From: Promethearchaeati archaeon SRVP18_Atabeyarchaeia-1
Lineage (GTDB): Archaea; Asgardarchaeota; Atabeyarchaeia; Atabeyarchaeales; Atabeyarchaeaceae
NCBI GenBank assembly: GCA_037308085.1
Contig: CP147779.1
Span: 1,440,001-1,504,000, forward strand
Direction of reading: 5' to 3'
Length of the DNA: 64,000 bases
In this document: piece after piece, positions 20,102 to 29,681 of the stretch
Position numbering within the stretch: the first letter of the stretch is position 1
Layout of the letters: each line of letters begins with the position of its first letter
The notes under the pieces: generated by a model
What the model saw: only the letters and a program-made list of their open reading frames with translations
Told to the model about the DNA's origin: nothing
Database searches by the model: none
Translations under genes and position numbers: made by a program

Positions 20102-21127
20102 ATGTCCTTTGTAATAGAGAAAAGCGCTTTGGACTCTTTCACTAACCTGCTCCGTAAGAAAGGCTACGAAGTGTTTGGTCCAATCCGTAAGGGACCAGAG
20201 TTCGTCTTTGGTACCGTCAGTCGCGCAAGCGACTTAGCCCTCGACTACATCACCACAATAATATCTCCGAAGAAGTACCTCTACGCCCCCTCCGAGAAAC
20301 TCTTTTCCTACAATTCTGATAGCTTCGCCATCAAGGAATCTTCAGACGGCACGGGGAAACAAGCTATATTAGGAGTGCACCCGTGCGACCTCAGCGCTAT
20401 CGCTCTTCTAGACAAGGTTCGCATAAGTGGCGCTGCTTTTGAAGATCCAAAATACAAGGAGAAAAGAAACAACACTCTCCTAGTTGGCTTGAACTGTTCT
20501 AGGGCTGGCGAAGAATGTTTCTGCCCGTCTTTCGGAACTGGTCCTGAAGCCAAGCAAGGCTTCGACTTGCTCTTGACGGATCTCGGAGACCGATACTTGG
20601 TTGAGACTGGAAGTGATTCTGGCAAGGCTATCGCCACAGACCTCAAGCTGAAGAAGGCAGTGGCATCTGATACCCAAGAGAAAGAGAAGAAACTGAAAGC
20701 AGTCCGCCAGTCGATCAAGCGTGGCATCAGCACTGACGGCTTGCCCAAAACTCTTGACAAGAACTTCAATCACGAGATCTGGGGAAAGATGAAGGACGAC
20801 TGCTACTCGTGTGGTGTATGCACTACCGTGTGCCCCACATGCTATTGCTTCAACGTAGTAGACAACGTAGATTTCTCTCTCAAGAACGGTGAACGGGTGA
20901 GAAACTGGGACTCGTGCCAGCTTATTGAGTTTGGACAGGTTGCCCTAGGCGCAAACTTCAGAAAAGACCGCGATGCCAGAGTGAAGCAATGGATCTACCA
21001 TAAGCTCAACTACTTCCCACAACAGTACGGGGGCAACTTCGCGTGCGTCGGATGCGGCAGGTGCATAAAGAACTGCACCAAGGGAATAGACGTGACCAAT
21101 GTAGTCAAGAAGATACAAACAGCCTAA
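20102..21127 (+). CDS. hydB: Group 3b [NiFe] hydrogenase beta subunit (4Fe-4S, AsrA-like)
   Basis: HPCD, CYSCGVCTTVCPTCYCF, WDSC, CVGCGRCIKNC. Confidence 0.9.
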   Translation: MSFVIEKSALDSFTNLLRKKGYEVFGPIRKGPEFVFGTVSRASDLALDYITTIISPKKYLYAPSEKLFSYNSDSFAIKESSDGTGKQAILGVHPCDLSAIALLDKVRISGAAFEDPKYKEKRNNTLLVGLNCSRAGEECFCPSFGTGPEAKQGFDLLLTDLGDRYLVETGSDSGKAIATDLKLKKAVASDTQEKEKKLKAVRQSIKRGISTDGLPKTLDKNFNHEIWGKMKDDCYSCGVCTTVCPTCYCFNVVDNVDFSLKNGERVRNWDSCQLIEFGQVALGANFRKDRDARVKQWIYHKLNYFPQQYGGNFACVGCGRCIKNCTKGIDVTNVVKKIQTA

Positions 21128-21140
21128 GGGGTGAGAAAGA

Positions 21141-21965
21141 ATGAAAGCAGACTTCAAACCAGACAAAGTAGTAATCAAGAATATGAAGGATCAAACGCGC
21201 GACGTCAGGACGTTCACACTGAATTTTGCCGATGGTAAGAAGGACTCCTATTCCTTTGTGCCGGGTCAGTTCAATATGCTTACACATCTCGGCTTCGGGG
21301 AAGCAGCAATCTCGATAAGCTCAGACCCAAAGATCAAAGACACCCTCGACCACACTGTCAGGAAGGTGGGTAACTTTACAGAGGCTCTATTCCGGCTAAA
21401 GAAAGGCGACACGATAGGACTACGAGGTCCATTCGGCAAAGGCTGGCCAATGGACGAAGCTAAGGGTAAGAACGTTCTGATAGTGGCTGGAGGCGTTGGT
21501 CTAGCCCCTCTGCGCTCAGTGGTCATGGAAATCGCCAGCAACAGAGCCAGCTATGGCAACTTCGAGATACTATATGGCGCGAGAAATCCTGGTGAGATGC
21601 TGTTCACGGACGAATTCGATCAATGGAGGAAAATTAAGAACGCGAATCTGGAGCTTGCTGTAGATGCTGTTCCGCCGGGAGAGAAGTGGGCCCACACAGT
21701 TGGAGTTGTCACAGTTCTATTCGACAAGATGCAGAGCAAACCCAAGGACACAGTTGTCATGACCTGTGGTCCAGACATAATGATGCATTTCGGAGTCCAA
21801 GGGCTCTTGAAGAAGGGATTCACAGAAGACCAGATCTACGTTTCACTTGAACGAAGAATGAAGTGCGGCATGGCTCAGTGCGGAGCATGTCAAATCGGAC
21901 CTAACTATGTCTGCAAGGACGGACCGGTATTCAAGTCGCGCATAATGAAGGAGTTGTACGCCTAA
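21141..21965 (+). CDS. hydG: Group 3b hydrogenase gamma subunit (FAD/NAD(P), 2Fe-2S)
   Basis: PGQF, RGPFG, AGGVGLAP, CGP, ERRMKCG..QCGAC..CKDGPVF. Confidence 0.9.
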   Translation: MKADFKPDKVVIKNMKDQTRDVRTFTLNFADGKKDSYSFVPGQFNMLTHLGFGEAAISISSDPKIKDTLDHTVRKVGNFTEALFRLKKGDTIGLRGPFGKGWPMDEAKGKNVLIVAGGVGLAPLRSVVMEIASNRASYGNFEILYGARNPGEMLFTDEFDQWRKIKNANLELAVDAVPPGEKWAHTVGVVTVLFDKMQSKPKDTVVMTCGPDIMMHFGVQGLLKKGFTEDQIYVSLERRMKCGMAQCGACQIGPNYVCKDGPVFKSRIMKELYA

Positions 21966-21982
21966 GAGGAGGTTAAGTCGAA

Positions 21983-22825
21983 TTGTCATCGAATAGTGGA
22001 AAACCGAAAGTTGGTGTCTTCAAACTAGCTAGTTGCGCAGGTTGCCAAATGGTTCTTATCTACCACCACGACTACTTGCCCGAGATACTCGGCGCAGTTG
22101 ATATAAAGAACTTCAAAATGGCGAGACGAGACAACGATCCAGAGAGCAAGCTTGACCTCGCACTCATAGAAGGTGCTGTCACAGAGCCTGAACACGTCAA
22201 GTTGCTCAAAGAGCTAAGACCGAGGACAAAGCTACTTGTCGCCATGGGCTCATGCGCTTGCGACGGCGGAGTAGTAAGCCTAAAGAACACGGTTCCAGAG
22301 CATCAAGTTGAATCGGCAGTCTACACAGATACATCAAAGTTCACGTCTATGAAAGCTCAGCCTGTTGACGAGGTTGTGAAGGTCGACGCATATGCCAGAG
22401 GGTGTCCGGTTGATGGTCCTGAGCTTCTTGAGCTTCTAAAGTCAACACTAATGGGCAGAAAAGCTAACCTCTCAAACTACAGTGTCTGTATGGAGTGCAA
22501 ATTGAATGAGAATCCGTGCCTTTTTATCAACAACAAGGATGTGTGCATGGGACCAATAACTAAGGGTGGATGTGGATCACTCTGCCCAACAAACAATCGG
22601 GCCTGTCGAGGATGCAGAGGACCAACAACCGACGCGAACATCATCTCGTATGCCCGCACAATACTGGAACGCGATATACCTGGACGCGAGGATCTGATCA
22701 AGAAGAGAGAACTCGCGGAGTTCGCGCCGCCTAACGTGTTTCCCCAAGGAAGAAACGTTACCAAACTAACTGAAGTTGCTGTGCTGACGCCGCTTAACCC
22801 AAAGAAGGGAGGTAGTTCACAATGA
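21983..22825 (+). CDS. hydD: Group 3b hydrogenase delta (small) subunit
   Basis: SCAGC, GSCA, GCP, VCMEC, CMGP..GC..CP..CRGCRG. Confidence 0.9.
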   Translation: MSSNSGKPKVGVFKLASCAGCQMVLIYHHDYLPEILGAVDIKNFKMARRDNDPESKLDLALIEGAVTEPEHVKLLKELRPRTKLLVAMGSCACDGGVVSLKNTVPEHQVESAVYTDTSKFTSMKAQPVDEVVKVDAYARGCPVDGPELLELLKSTLMGRKANLSNYSVCMECKLNENPCLFINNKDVCMGPITKGGCGSLCPTNNRACRGCRGPTTDANIISYARTILERDIPGREDLIKKRELAEFAPPNVFPQGRNVTKLTEVAVLTPLNPKKGGSSQ

Positions 22826-24117
22826 CAAGCGAACAGAAAACAGTCCAAGTCGACTACGTAGCGCGAGTAGAAGGAGAAGCCCTGATCGACGTTAAAGTTG
22901 ATAACGGGGAAATAAAGGAACTCAAGCTGAATATCTGGGAACCGCCACGGTTCTTTGAGGGTTTTCTTGTCGGATGCAAGTACAGCGATGTTCCAGACAT
23001 AGTATCCAAGATCTGTGGAATCTGCCCAGTAGCGCATATGATTACGTCGTGCAGGGCAGTGGAAAACGCAATGAGCTTTGCTCCAAGCCAGCAGACAAGG
23101 CGCCTTAGAGACCTCCTTGCATGGAGTCAGAACCTCTCAAGTCACGTGCTCCACGTTTACTTCCTTGCTGCCCCAGACTTCCTCGGCTACGACAGCGCCA
23201 TCACGATGCTGCCAAAGTACGGAGACGTAGTCAAGAGAGCGCTCAAGATGAAGACTGTCGCAAACGAACTCACCACAGTGGTCGGTGGAAGAGCAGTAGC
23301 TCCGCCAGCATGTGTTGTGGGTGGGTTCACAAGACTTCCATCAGAGGATGCACTGAAGAGAAGTAGAGAGGCGCTGAAGGGAATAAAGCAGGATGCGGTT
23401 GAGACAGTCAAACTTGTATCTCAACTTAAGCTCCCCGACTTCGAAAGGGAGACCGAGTTCGTGGCGGTCAGAGGTGAGAAGGAGTACGCCATCAACGAAG
23501 GCTACCTATGTTCAAGCAAAGGGATCAAGGCACCTGAACGTGAATTCCGCAAATACATAGCTGAGGTCCAAGCACCCCACTCGAATGCCAAGTGGAGCAA
23601 AGTCGCTGGGCGAGACTCGTTCCAAGTTGGCGCTCTTGCCAGGGTAAACCTAAACCAGGATCAGCTATCAGAAGACTCCAAATCCGCAATAGAAGAAAGT
23701 GGCTTCAAGTTCCCAACGACAAATAGCTTCGCAATAACTGCCGCGCAGGCAATTGAAATCATTCAGAGCATCGACGCCTGCATCAGTATTATTGATGAAA
23801 TCCTGCCGTTGAAGGAAGACAAGCAGAGCGTAACAGTTGCACCTGGAGAAGGATACGCTATAACGGAGGCGCCACGTGGACTTCTATACCACAACTACAG
23901 AATCAATAGGAAAGGATACATTGAGAAGGCTGACATAGTCAGTCCGACAGCTCACAACTCGTTGAACATGGAAAATGACCTAAAGGCGCTAGTGCAGAAG
24001 TACATTGACCTCCCAACAGAGAAGCTGACATTCCTCTGTGAGCAACTGATCAGAGCATATGACCCCTGCTTCTCGTGCTCTGTTCACAGCCTGAAGGTAA
24101 AGATAACGAAATACTAA
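22822..24117 (+). CDS. hydA: Group 3b [NiFe] hydrogenase alpha (large) subunit
   Basis: RVEGE, PRFFE, L1 KICGICPVAH, EAPRG, L2 RAYDPCFSCSVH followed by a short C-terminal extension. Confidence 0.92.
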   Translation: MTSEQKTVQVDYVARVEGEALIDVKVDNGEIKELKLNIWEPPRFFEGFLVGCKYSDVPDIVSKICGICPVAHMITSCRAVENAMSFAPSQQTRRLRDLLAWSQNLSSHVLHVYFLAAPDFLGYDSAITMLPKYGDVVKRALKMKTVANELTTVVGGRAVAPPACVVGGFTRLPSEDALKRSREALKGIKQDAVETVKLVSQLKLPDFERETEFVAVRGEKEYAINEGYLCSSKGIKAPEREFRKYIAEVQAPHSNAKWSKVAGRDSFQVGALARVNLNQDQLSEDSKSAIEESGFKFPTTNSFAITAAQAIEIIQSIDACISIIDEILPLKEDKQSVTVAPGEGYAITEAPRGLLYHNYRINRKGYIEKADIVSPTAHNSLNMENDLKALVQKYIDLPTEKLTFLCEQLIRAYDPCFSCSVHSLKVKITKY

Positions 24118-24155
24118 ACATGCCTTGCCCTTGATGGCACTAGTGGAAGACGGAG

Positions 24156-24608
24156 CTAGGATTCGTCCGAAGATTCTTCGTCGTCCCTCTCTCTCTTTTT
24201 CGCCCTGCTCGCTTCTTTCATGTTCGTAATTGAACGTTTTACTTCAGTCGCGACTCCATCCATCTGATGCTTTACCCCAGTCACGACGACTTCCACTTGC
24301 TGCTTCACTTCGGCTACGACGCCTCCAACCTGCTGCTTGACTCCCGTTGCGACATCCTGTCTGAAGGATTTCCTGTAGTCTCTGATTGTTTGCTCAAGTT
24401 CCTTTTTGCGCCGCAACTCTGGGTCTTCTTTCTGTTCTTCATGGAACGCAGCCTTGAGTTTCTCAGTTAGGTCGCTTGCTCCATTTTCTCTGCGTCCGGT
24501 GCCGCGCTTACCAGAGAAAGCCTCCTCCTTTTTCACGCTTCCTTCAGGAGGCGCACTCCCTGCCTTCTTGATCTTCTCTTTCAAGCTGCTGAGCCTCTTA
24601 AACTCCAA
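24156..24608 (-). CDS. Charged hypothetical protein with four 11-aa repeats
   Basis: 150-aa ORF. Repeats VATGVKQQVGG / VVAEVKQQVEV / VVTGVKHQMDG / VATEVKRSITN. Confidence 0.7.
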   Translation of the reverse strand: MEFKRLSSLKEKIKKAGSAPPEGSVKKEEAFSGKRGTGRRENGASDLTEKLKAAFHEEQKEDPELRRKKELEQTIRDYRKSFRQDVATGVKQQVGGVVAEVKQQVEVVVTGVKHQMDGVATEVKRSITNMKEASRAKKRERDDEESSDES

Positions 24609-25010
24609 GGGTTTCCCACATTTCCTATTTTCTATCCAACCTGAATCCCAACTGGACTGCCGCGGAGACAGTCAATCGACACATTGTTCCCCCAGCAGTT
24701 CCTCAATTGTTCTTCGCGGGTACTCGATAGTCTTCAAATAGAGATACTCGAACACAGAATATAATAGGCTATTGTCTGAGCCAATTGCCGACCCGCTTGA
24801 AGCGGCGATTCTCGCAAATCTGGTTGCAGGCGGCCCCACTTTGGCATCAGGTAGCCCAAGATCACATTCCCTGTGGCCAATTATCACAATTCTGTCGCAG
24901 GGAAGCCCACGCCCTTCACGGGTGGGAGGAGCTGCAGTGGCGGCAGAGTCTAAGGGCAAAATGGGTGTCAGATGGTCTGTTTGAATGCTTCTGCCATGAA
25001 TAGTTCTTTG

Positions 25011-25281
25011 GGCCCTGGGGCGAGACCGCGCGGGGTGGCGCCCCCCGATGCGAAGCCTGAGTCTCTGTTTCCCAGGGCGGATCGTGGTCTCCGAGCACGG
25101 AGACGCGAAGCGTAACCCACCACGCCTGGCGAGGTGAGCGGGCTGGAAAAGCGCGGCGCGCGAAGGCCCAGGAGTCGCAACTTCCGTAACTGGCTTTCCG
25201 GAACCACCGACCCGGCGACGGGCGGACGCAGGGAAAACGAAACGGAAAGCCCACCGGCTCAAAGCCGTGGGAAGAGGTTAC
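25011..25281 (+). ncRNA. Orphan structured element ending in an IS200/IS605 right end (omegaRNA-like RNA or non-autonomous element)
   Basis: GC-rich run of hairpins with A-rich linkers. Ends AAAG-CCCACCGGCT-caa-AGCCGTGGG-aagagg-TTAC. The terminal GGTTAC is complementary to upstream GTAACC (25112-25117). Confidence 0.6.
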
Positions 25282-25293
25282 TTCTTACCTACG

Positions 25294-28224
25294 CTAAGGT
25301 GCGCTCCTTCGAAGTGCTTCGCTTGCTTGGAGATCAACCCGCGAATCCCTGGTTGCCTCCCCTTGCATCTCTTCGGCATCTACCACTAGAACCTTTTTCA
25401 GGAATTGCCCGGTGTATGATTGAGGAACACGCGCGATTTCTTCTGGTGTTCCTTGTGCGATTATTCTTCCCCCGTTCTCCTGCCCTCCTTCTGGGCCAAG
25501 GTCGATTACTAGGTCTGCTGTTTTTATCACATCTAGGTTGTGCTCAATTACGATCACCGTGTTGCCTGCGTCCGTAAGCCTGCTCAATACCTCCAGAAGC
25601 TTATGTATGTCTGCGAAGTGAAGACCAGTGGTGGGCTCGTCAAGCATGTAGAGAGTTTTTCCCGTAGCCCTCCTGCAGAGTTCGGTAGCCAGTTTTACGC
25701 GTTGAGCTTCGCCACCCGATAGTGTCGTCGCAGGTTGCCCCAGCTTGATGTAGCCTAGCCCGACATCGCATATCGTCTGCAGGATTGCCTTGACATGGGG
25801 TATGTTCTCGAAGAACGCGACCGCCTCATCTATCGTCATTGAAAGGATATCAGCGATGTTCTTTTCCTTGTATGTGATCTCAAGAGTCTCCCTGTTGTAC
25901 CGATTGCCTTTGCAGACCTCGCACGGAACATAGACGTCAGGTAGGAACTGCATCTCGAGCCTGATTATGCCATCTCCTTTGCATGCCTCACATCTGCCAC
26001 CGCTTACATTGAAGCTGAACCTTCCAGGTTTGTACCCCCTGGCCCTAGCTTCTTGAAGCTTCGAGAATAGATCCCTGATGAAAGTGAAGACGCCGGTGTA
26101 CGTCGCTGGGTTTGATCGCGGAGTCCTGCCAATGGGCGACTGGTCTATCATGACGGCCTTGTCGATGTTCTGAATTCCTTCGATTCTATCGTGAGCGCCT
26201 GGTTTCTCCTTGGCTCCGTGCAGCGTTCGGGCAAGGGCCCTATAGAGTATGTCGTCTAGAAGTGTGCTCTTCCCCGAGCCTGAGACACCGGTGATGCAGA
26301 TTAATAGCCCTAAGGGTATCTTCACGTCGATATTCTTCAGATTGTTCTCTCGAGCACCTCTTACAGTGATATACTTCCCATTTCCGGGTCTCCGCGAGCT
26401 CGGCACCGGTATCTTCAGCTTTCCGCTTAGATACTGACCAGTTATTGATTTCTCACACTTCGCGACTTCCTCAACGGTGCCAGACGATACGAGATACCCA
26501 CCATGCGCCCCTGCGCCTGGTCCGAGATCGACAACCCAGTCTGCCGCCCTTATTGTCTGCTCATCATGTTCAACGATTATGACTGTGTTTCCTAGGTTTC
26601 TCAGTCTCTTCAGAGTTTCAATCATCCGCCTGAGATCCCTCTGGTGTAGGCCAATAGATGGCTCGTCGAGTATATACAGAACCCCAACCAGACTCGTTCC
26701 GATTTGGGTTGCAAGCTGGGTTCGCTGTGCTTCCCCACCTGACAGTGTGCTTGTCGTCCTGTCCAAGGTTAGGTAATCGAGCCCCACATCCATCAAGAAC
26801 CCTAAGCGGCTCTTAATCTCCTTCAGGACCTGGTGGGCTATGAGTTGTTCTTTCTCAGTGAGTTTAAGAGCGTCGAAGAACTTGAGCGACTGAGACACGG
26901 ACATCTTCGTCATTTCAGCCAATGATTTTTCTGAGATCTTCACAGCCAGACTCTCTGGGCGCAGGCGGTCGCCGTTACATGCCGGACACCTCTTGACAGA
27001 CATGAACTTCTGGTACCAAGCACGCATTTCCTCGGACTTTGTTTCCACGAATCTGCGTTCCAGGTTGTTTATGACTCCCCTTGTGGGGCGTTCATGTTCA
27101 TAGAGTACCTTTTTATTCTCGTCCTCGTATCGGAACTTGATCTTCTCTTCGCCCGACCCATATAAGATCACGTGAAGCTGCTTGGCTGTCAAATCCTTCA
27201 ATGGTGTGTCCAATGAGAAGCCGTAGTGGTCTGCCAAGGACTTCATCGACTGCATCCACCAAGAATCAATGTTCTTGCTCATCGGGACTATTCCGCCTTC
27301 CGCGATCGACTTGGTCTTGTCGGGGATGACCAACTCGGGGTCGATATTCATTTTTACACCGAGCCCACTGCATTCCCTGCAAGCACCGAAGGGAGAGTTG
27401 AATGAGAAGTTCCTTGGGTTGAGCTCACCGTAGCTCACTCCGCAGTCAGGGCACGAGAGCTGTTCGCTGTAGAGCTGCTCGTCTCCGCCTTCCTTCCCAT
27501 CCTCCGCTGTTCTTATGATGACTAGTCCCTCGCTGAGTTTGAGGGCAGTCTGGACCGAGTCAGCTATCCTCCCCCTTGTCTCATCCTTGACTGAAAGCCT
27601 GTCAACAATCGCTTCGATCGTGTGCTTCTTCTTCTTGTCAACGAATCCGACTTCTTCCACCTCTACGTTCCGGCCATCTAGCCGGATCCTGACAAACCCT
27701 TGCTTTCTCAGTTTCTCCAGAATTTCTTTGTGCTCACCTTTTCTCGCTCTAACGACAGGAGCCAAGATCTGAATCCTTGATCCTGACCTCAGCTTCATGA
27801 CTTGATCGACAATTTGGTCAAGGGTTTGCCTCTTTATCTCTTTTCCACATTTGTAGCAATGAGGTATGCCGATCCTCGCAAAAAGCAACCTCAAGTAATC
27901 ATGAATCTCGGTAACGGTTGCTACCGTGGAGCGAGGGTTTCTGCTTGCGGTCCTCTGCTCAATGCAAATTGCAGGTGACAACCCCTCAATATAGTCGACA
28001 TCAGGCTTGCTCATCTGCTCGAGAAACTGTCTGGCATAGGCTGAGAGCGACTCTATGTACCTTCTCTGACCTTCAGCGTAGAGCGTGTCGAACGCCAGCG
28101 AAGACTTGCCGCTTCCGCTCACACCAGTTATGACGACCAGCTTGTCTCTCGGAATTTCAACGTCGATGTTCTTAAGGTTGTTCTGTCTCGCTCCCTTGAC
28201 CACAATCAGACTAGCGTTTCCCAT
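25294..28224 (-). CDS. uvrA: Excinuclease ABC subunit A
   Basis: Two GVSGSGKS Walker A motifs, LSGGEAQR signatures, zinc fingers, [13 protein letters not shown]. Confidence 0.98.
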   Translation of the reverse strand: MGNASLIVVKGARQNNLKNIDVEIPRDKLVVITGVSGSGKSSLAFDTLYAEGQRRYIESLSAYARQFLEQMSKPDVDYIEGLSPAICIEQRTASRNPRSTVATVTEIHDYLRLLFARIGIPHCYKCGKEIKRQTLDQIVDQVMKLRSGSRIQILAPVVRARKGEHKEILEKLRKQGFVRIRLDGRNVEVEEVGFVDKKKKHTIEAIVDRLSVKDETRGRIADSVQTALKLSEGLVIIRTAEDGKEGGDEQLYSEQLSCPDCGVSYGELNPRNFSFNSPFGACRECSGLGVKMNIDPELVIPDKTKSIAEGGIVPMSKNIDSWWMQSMKSLADHYGFSLDTPLKDLTAKQLHVILYGSGEEKIKFRYEDENKKVLYEHERPTRGVINNLERRFVETKSEEMRAWYQKFMSVKRCPACNGDRLRPESLAVKISEKSLAEMTKMSVSQSLKFFDALKLTEKEQLIAHQVLKEIKSRLGFLMDVGLDYLTLDRTTSTLSGGEAQRTQLATQIGTSLVGVLYILDEPSIGLHQRDLRRMIETLKRLRNLGNTVIIVEHDEQTIRAADWVVDLGPGAGAHGGYLVSSGTVEEVAKCEKSITGQYLSGKLKIPVPSSRRPGNGKYITVRGARENNLKNIDVKIPLGLLICITGVSGSGKSTLLDDILYRALARTLHGAKEKPGAHDRIEGIQNIDKAVMIDQSPIGRTPRSNPATYTGVFTFIRDLFSKLQEARARGYKPGRFSFNVSGGRCEACKGDGIIRLEMQFLPDVYVPCEVCKGNRYNRETLEITYKEKNIADILSMTIDEAVAFFENIPHVKAILQTICDVGLGYIKLGQPATTLSGGEAQRVKLATELCRRATGKTLYMLDEPTTGLHFADIHKLLEVLSRLTDAGNTVIVIEHNLDVIKTADLVIDLGPEGGQENGGRIIAQGTPEEIARVPQSYTGQFLKKVLVVDAEEMQGEATRDSRVDLQASEALRRSAP

Positions 28225-28453
28225 TTACCTCTCTTCCTAAATTGCCGGCAGAATAATCCAGAAACCACATCTATCCCACTGCAAGAAGGGATAGAACCGC
28301 TACCGTATTTAAGGGAACCATTTGCCTCTACAAAGGAAAAAGAATCCCATATAAAGACATGAGGATGTGTCTTCTACGAAAACTGAAAGACAAAATTGCT
28401 TGCGATCGTTTCACTGCAGACGCGCATCGCAAGCTTGGGATTCAGACACATGC

Positions 28454-29305
28454 TCACTCGAGCGGGTTCATGCATCTGAAGCAAACCTTCGAACCGGCTT
28501 TGTTCTCAACGCCGCACATGGGGCATATTATTGGTGGCCCTGCCGGTGCAGTCGCTGAACCTGCTGCCTCACCTTCCCCTGACGGTTCAGGTCCTTCAGA
28601 AGGTATCGGTGGCAACTTCAACACTGAGGAACCCCCAGAACTCGCTAGAGGGCGTGTGAGCTTAGAGGCTACCCCCGTCGCGGCAGGTGCTGGTATAAGT
28701 GGTGTAGGTCGACCTCTGGTTATTTCCACTTGGTTCCAAGGCTCAACTTGCTTTCCCTGCCAATTTGATACTCCGGTAACGATCCTGTTTGCAATGTTAA
28801 ACAGGTCTTCAATTATCTTCCTTGGCGTTGCGTTCATTGCCGATAGCGCGTCTCTCCAATCCTTCTCAGCCTTCTTAAGGGGGACCTCGACTCTGCACCC
28901 CTCTTCCTTGGGTGAGACGCTGATCTTCTTGTTTGCCCTTATCATGCCTCCGTTGTATAGGTTGAGGATCCAGCTCTTAAGTTCCTCATCATAATCCACT
29001 AGTTCCCCGATGTTTCCCCACTTTCCTCCACCCGCAGCCGCAAGACTCCCATCCCTGAGTTCGATCTCAAGATCAAAGTTGGGATCGACTGGTGGCCTGA
29101 AGTAGAAGTACACGTGGACATTCGCATCGCCCTCAACGAACGATGCCTCGTCGATCACGCAGTTCTTCAACTTGAATCTGACTTTGTCCTTACCAGAGAT
29201 GAACTGAGGAAGACTGCTAAAGAATATCTCATCTACCAAGACCGTCTTGCGTAACTTGCCGGCGAGGAAGTGGTCAAGAGTGGACTCCGTGATACGTCCC
29301 TCCAT
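28454..29305 (-). CDS. Hypothetical protein with Pro-rich linker and C-terminal zinc ribbon
   Basis: C-terminal CPMCG...CFRC preceded by a Pro/Ser/Gly-rich linker. Confidence 0.75.
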   Translation of the reverse strand: MEGRITESTLDHFLAGKLRKTVLVDEIFFSSLPQFISGKDKVRFKLKNCVIDEASFVEGDANVHVYFYFRPPVDPNFDLEIELRDGSLAAAGGGKWGNIGELVDYDEELKSWILNLYNGGMIRANKKISVSPKEEGCRVEVPLKKAEKDWRDALSAMNATPRKIIEDLFNIANRIVTGVSNWQGKQVEPWNQVEITRGRPTPLIPAPAATGVASKLTRPLASSGGSSVLKLPPIPSEGPEPSGEGEAAGSATAPAGPPIICPMCGVENKAGSKVCFRCMNPLE

Positions 29306-29681
29306 TCTAATTCTTCTGTTACTCTTACGATGACTGCGCCTTATATTCTTGTCAGCCGAGTTAGCCTTGCACTAATACGCGCCTTACATAGTTGCTGTCG
29401 CTTCAGACAATCAACTGTGAAAACCACAACAGCGCTTCTCTACAGAAAGTAAGAATGTTCTTGCTTGAAAAACCTTTCTTTTTATGCAGGGATCGCCCAA
29501 AATCAGCCGGAAAGATCGCAATAGCCAGAGCATATGCGCGCTGCCAGTCCATTCCGCCGGCGAGCGGAGATATTCTTAAATGCATCATCCATTCTAAGAG
29601 AATCAACTCGCGATTGAGAACCCGTTTTTATGAAATCCCTAATCAATATTGATCGTTGCTTTTCCTAGGAGTCGATTCCTA

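Noticed and set aside
22822-24117. Selenocysteine-containing hydrogenase or SECIS
   Set aside because: No in-frame TGA. DPCFSC is all Cys.
25011-25281. RNase P RNA or SRP RNA
   Set aside because: No GAGGAA..CC or ACAGAA P4 strands, no helix-8 GNRA/AGCAG motif, and no 5'-3' closing helix. The 3' end fits an IS200/IS605 right end better.
24672-25577. Overlapping track ORFs (196, 112, 147 aa and others)
   Set aside because: Arg/Pro/Ala-rich open frames arising from the GC-rich structured element or antisense to uvrA. No motifs and no TnpB remnant recognised.
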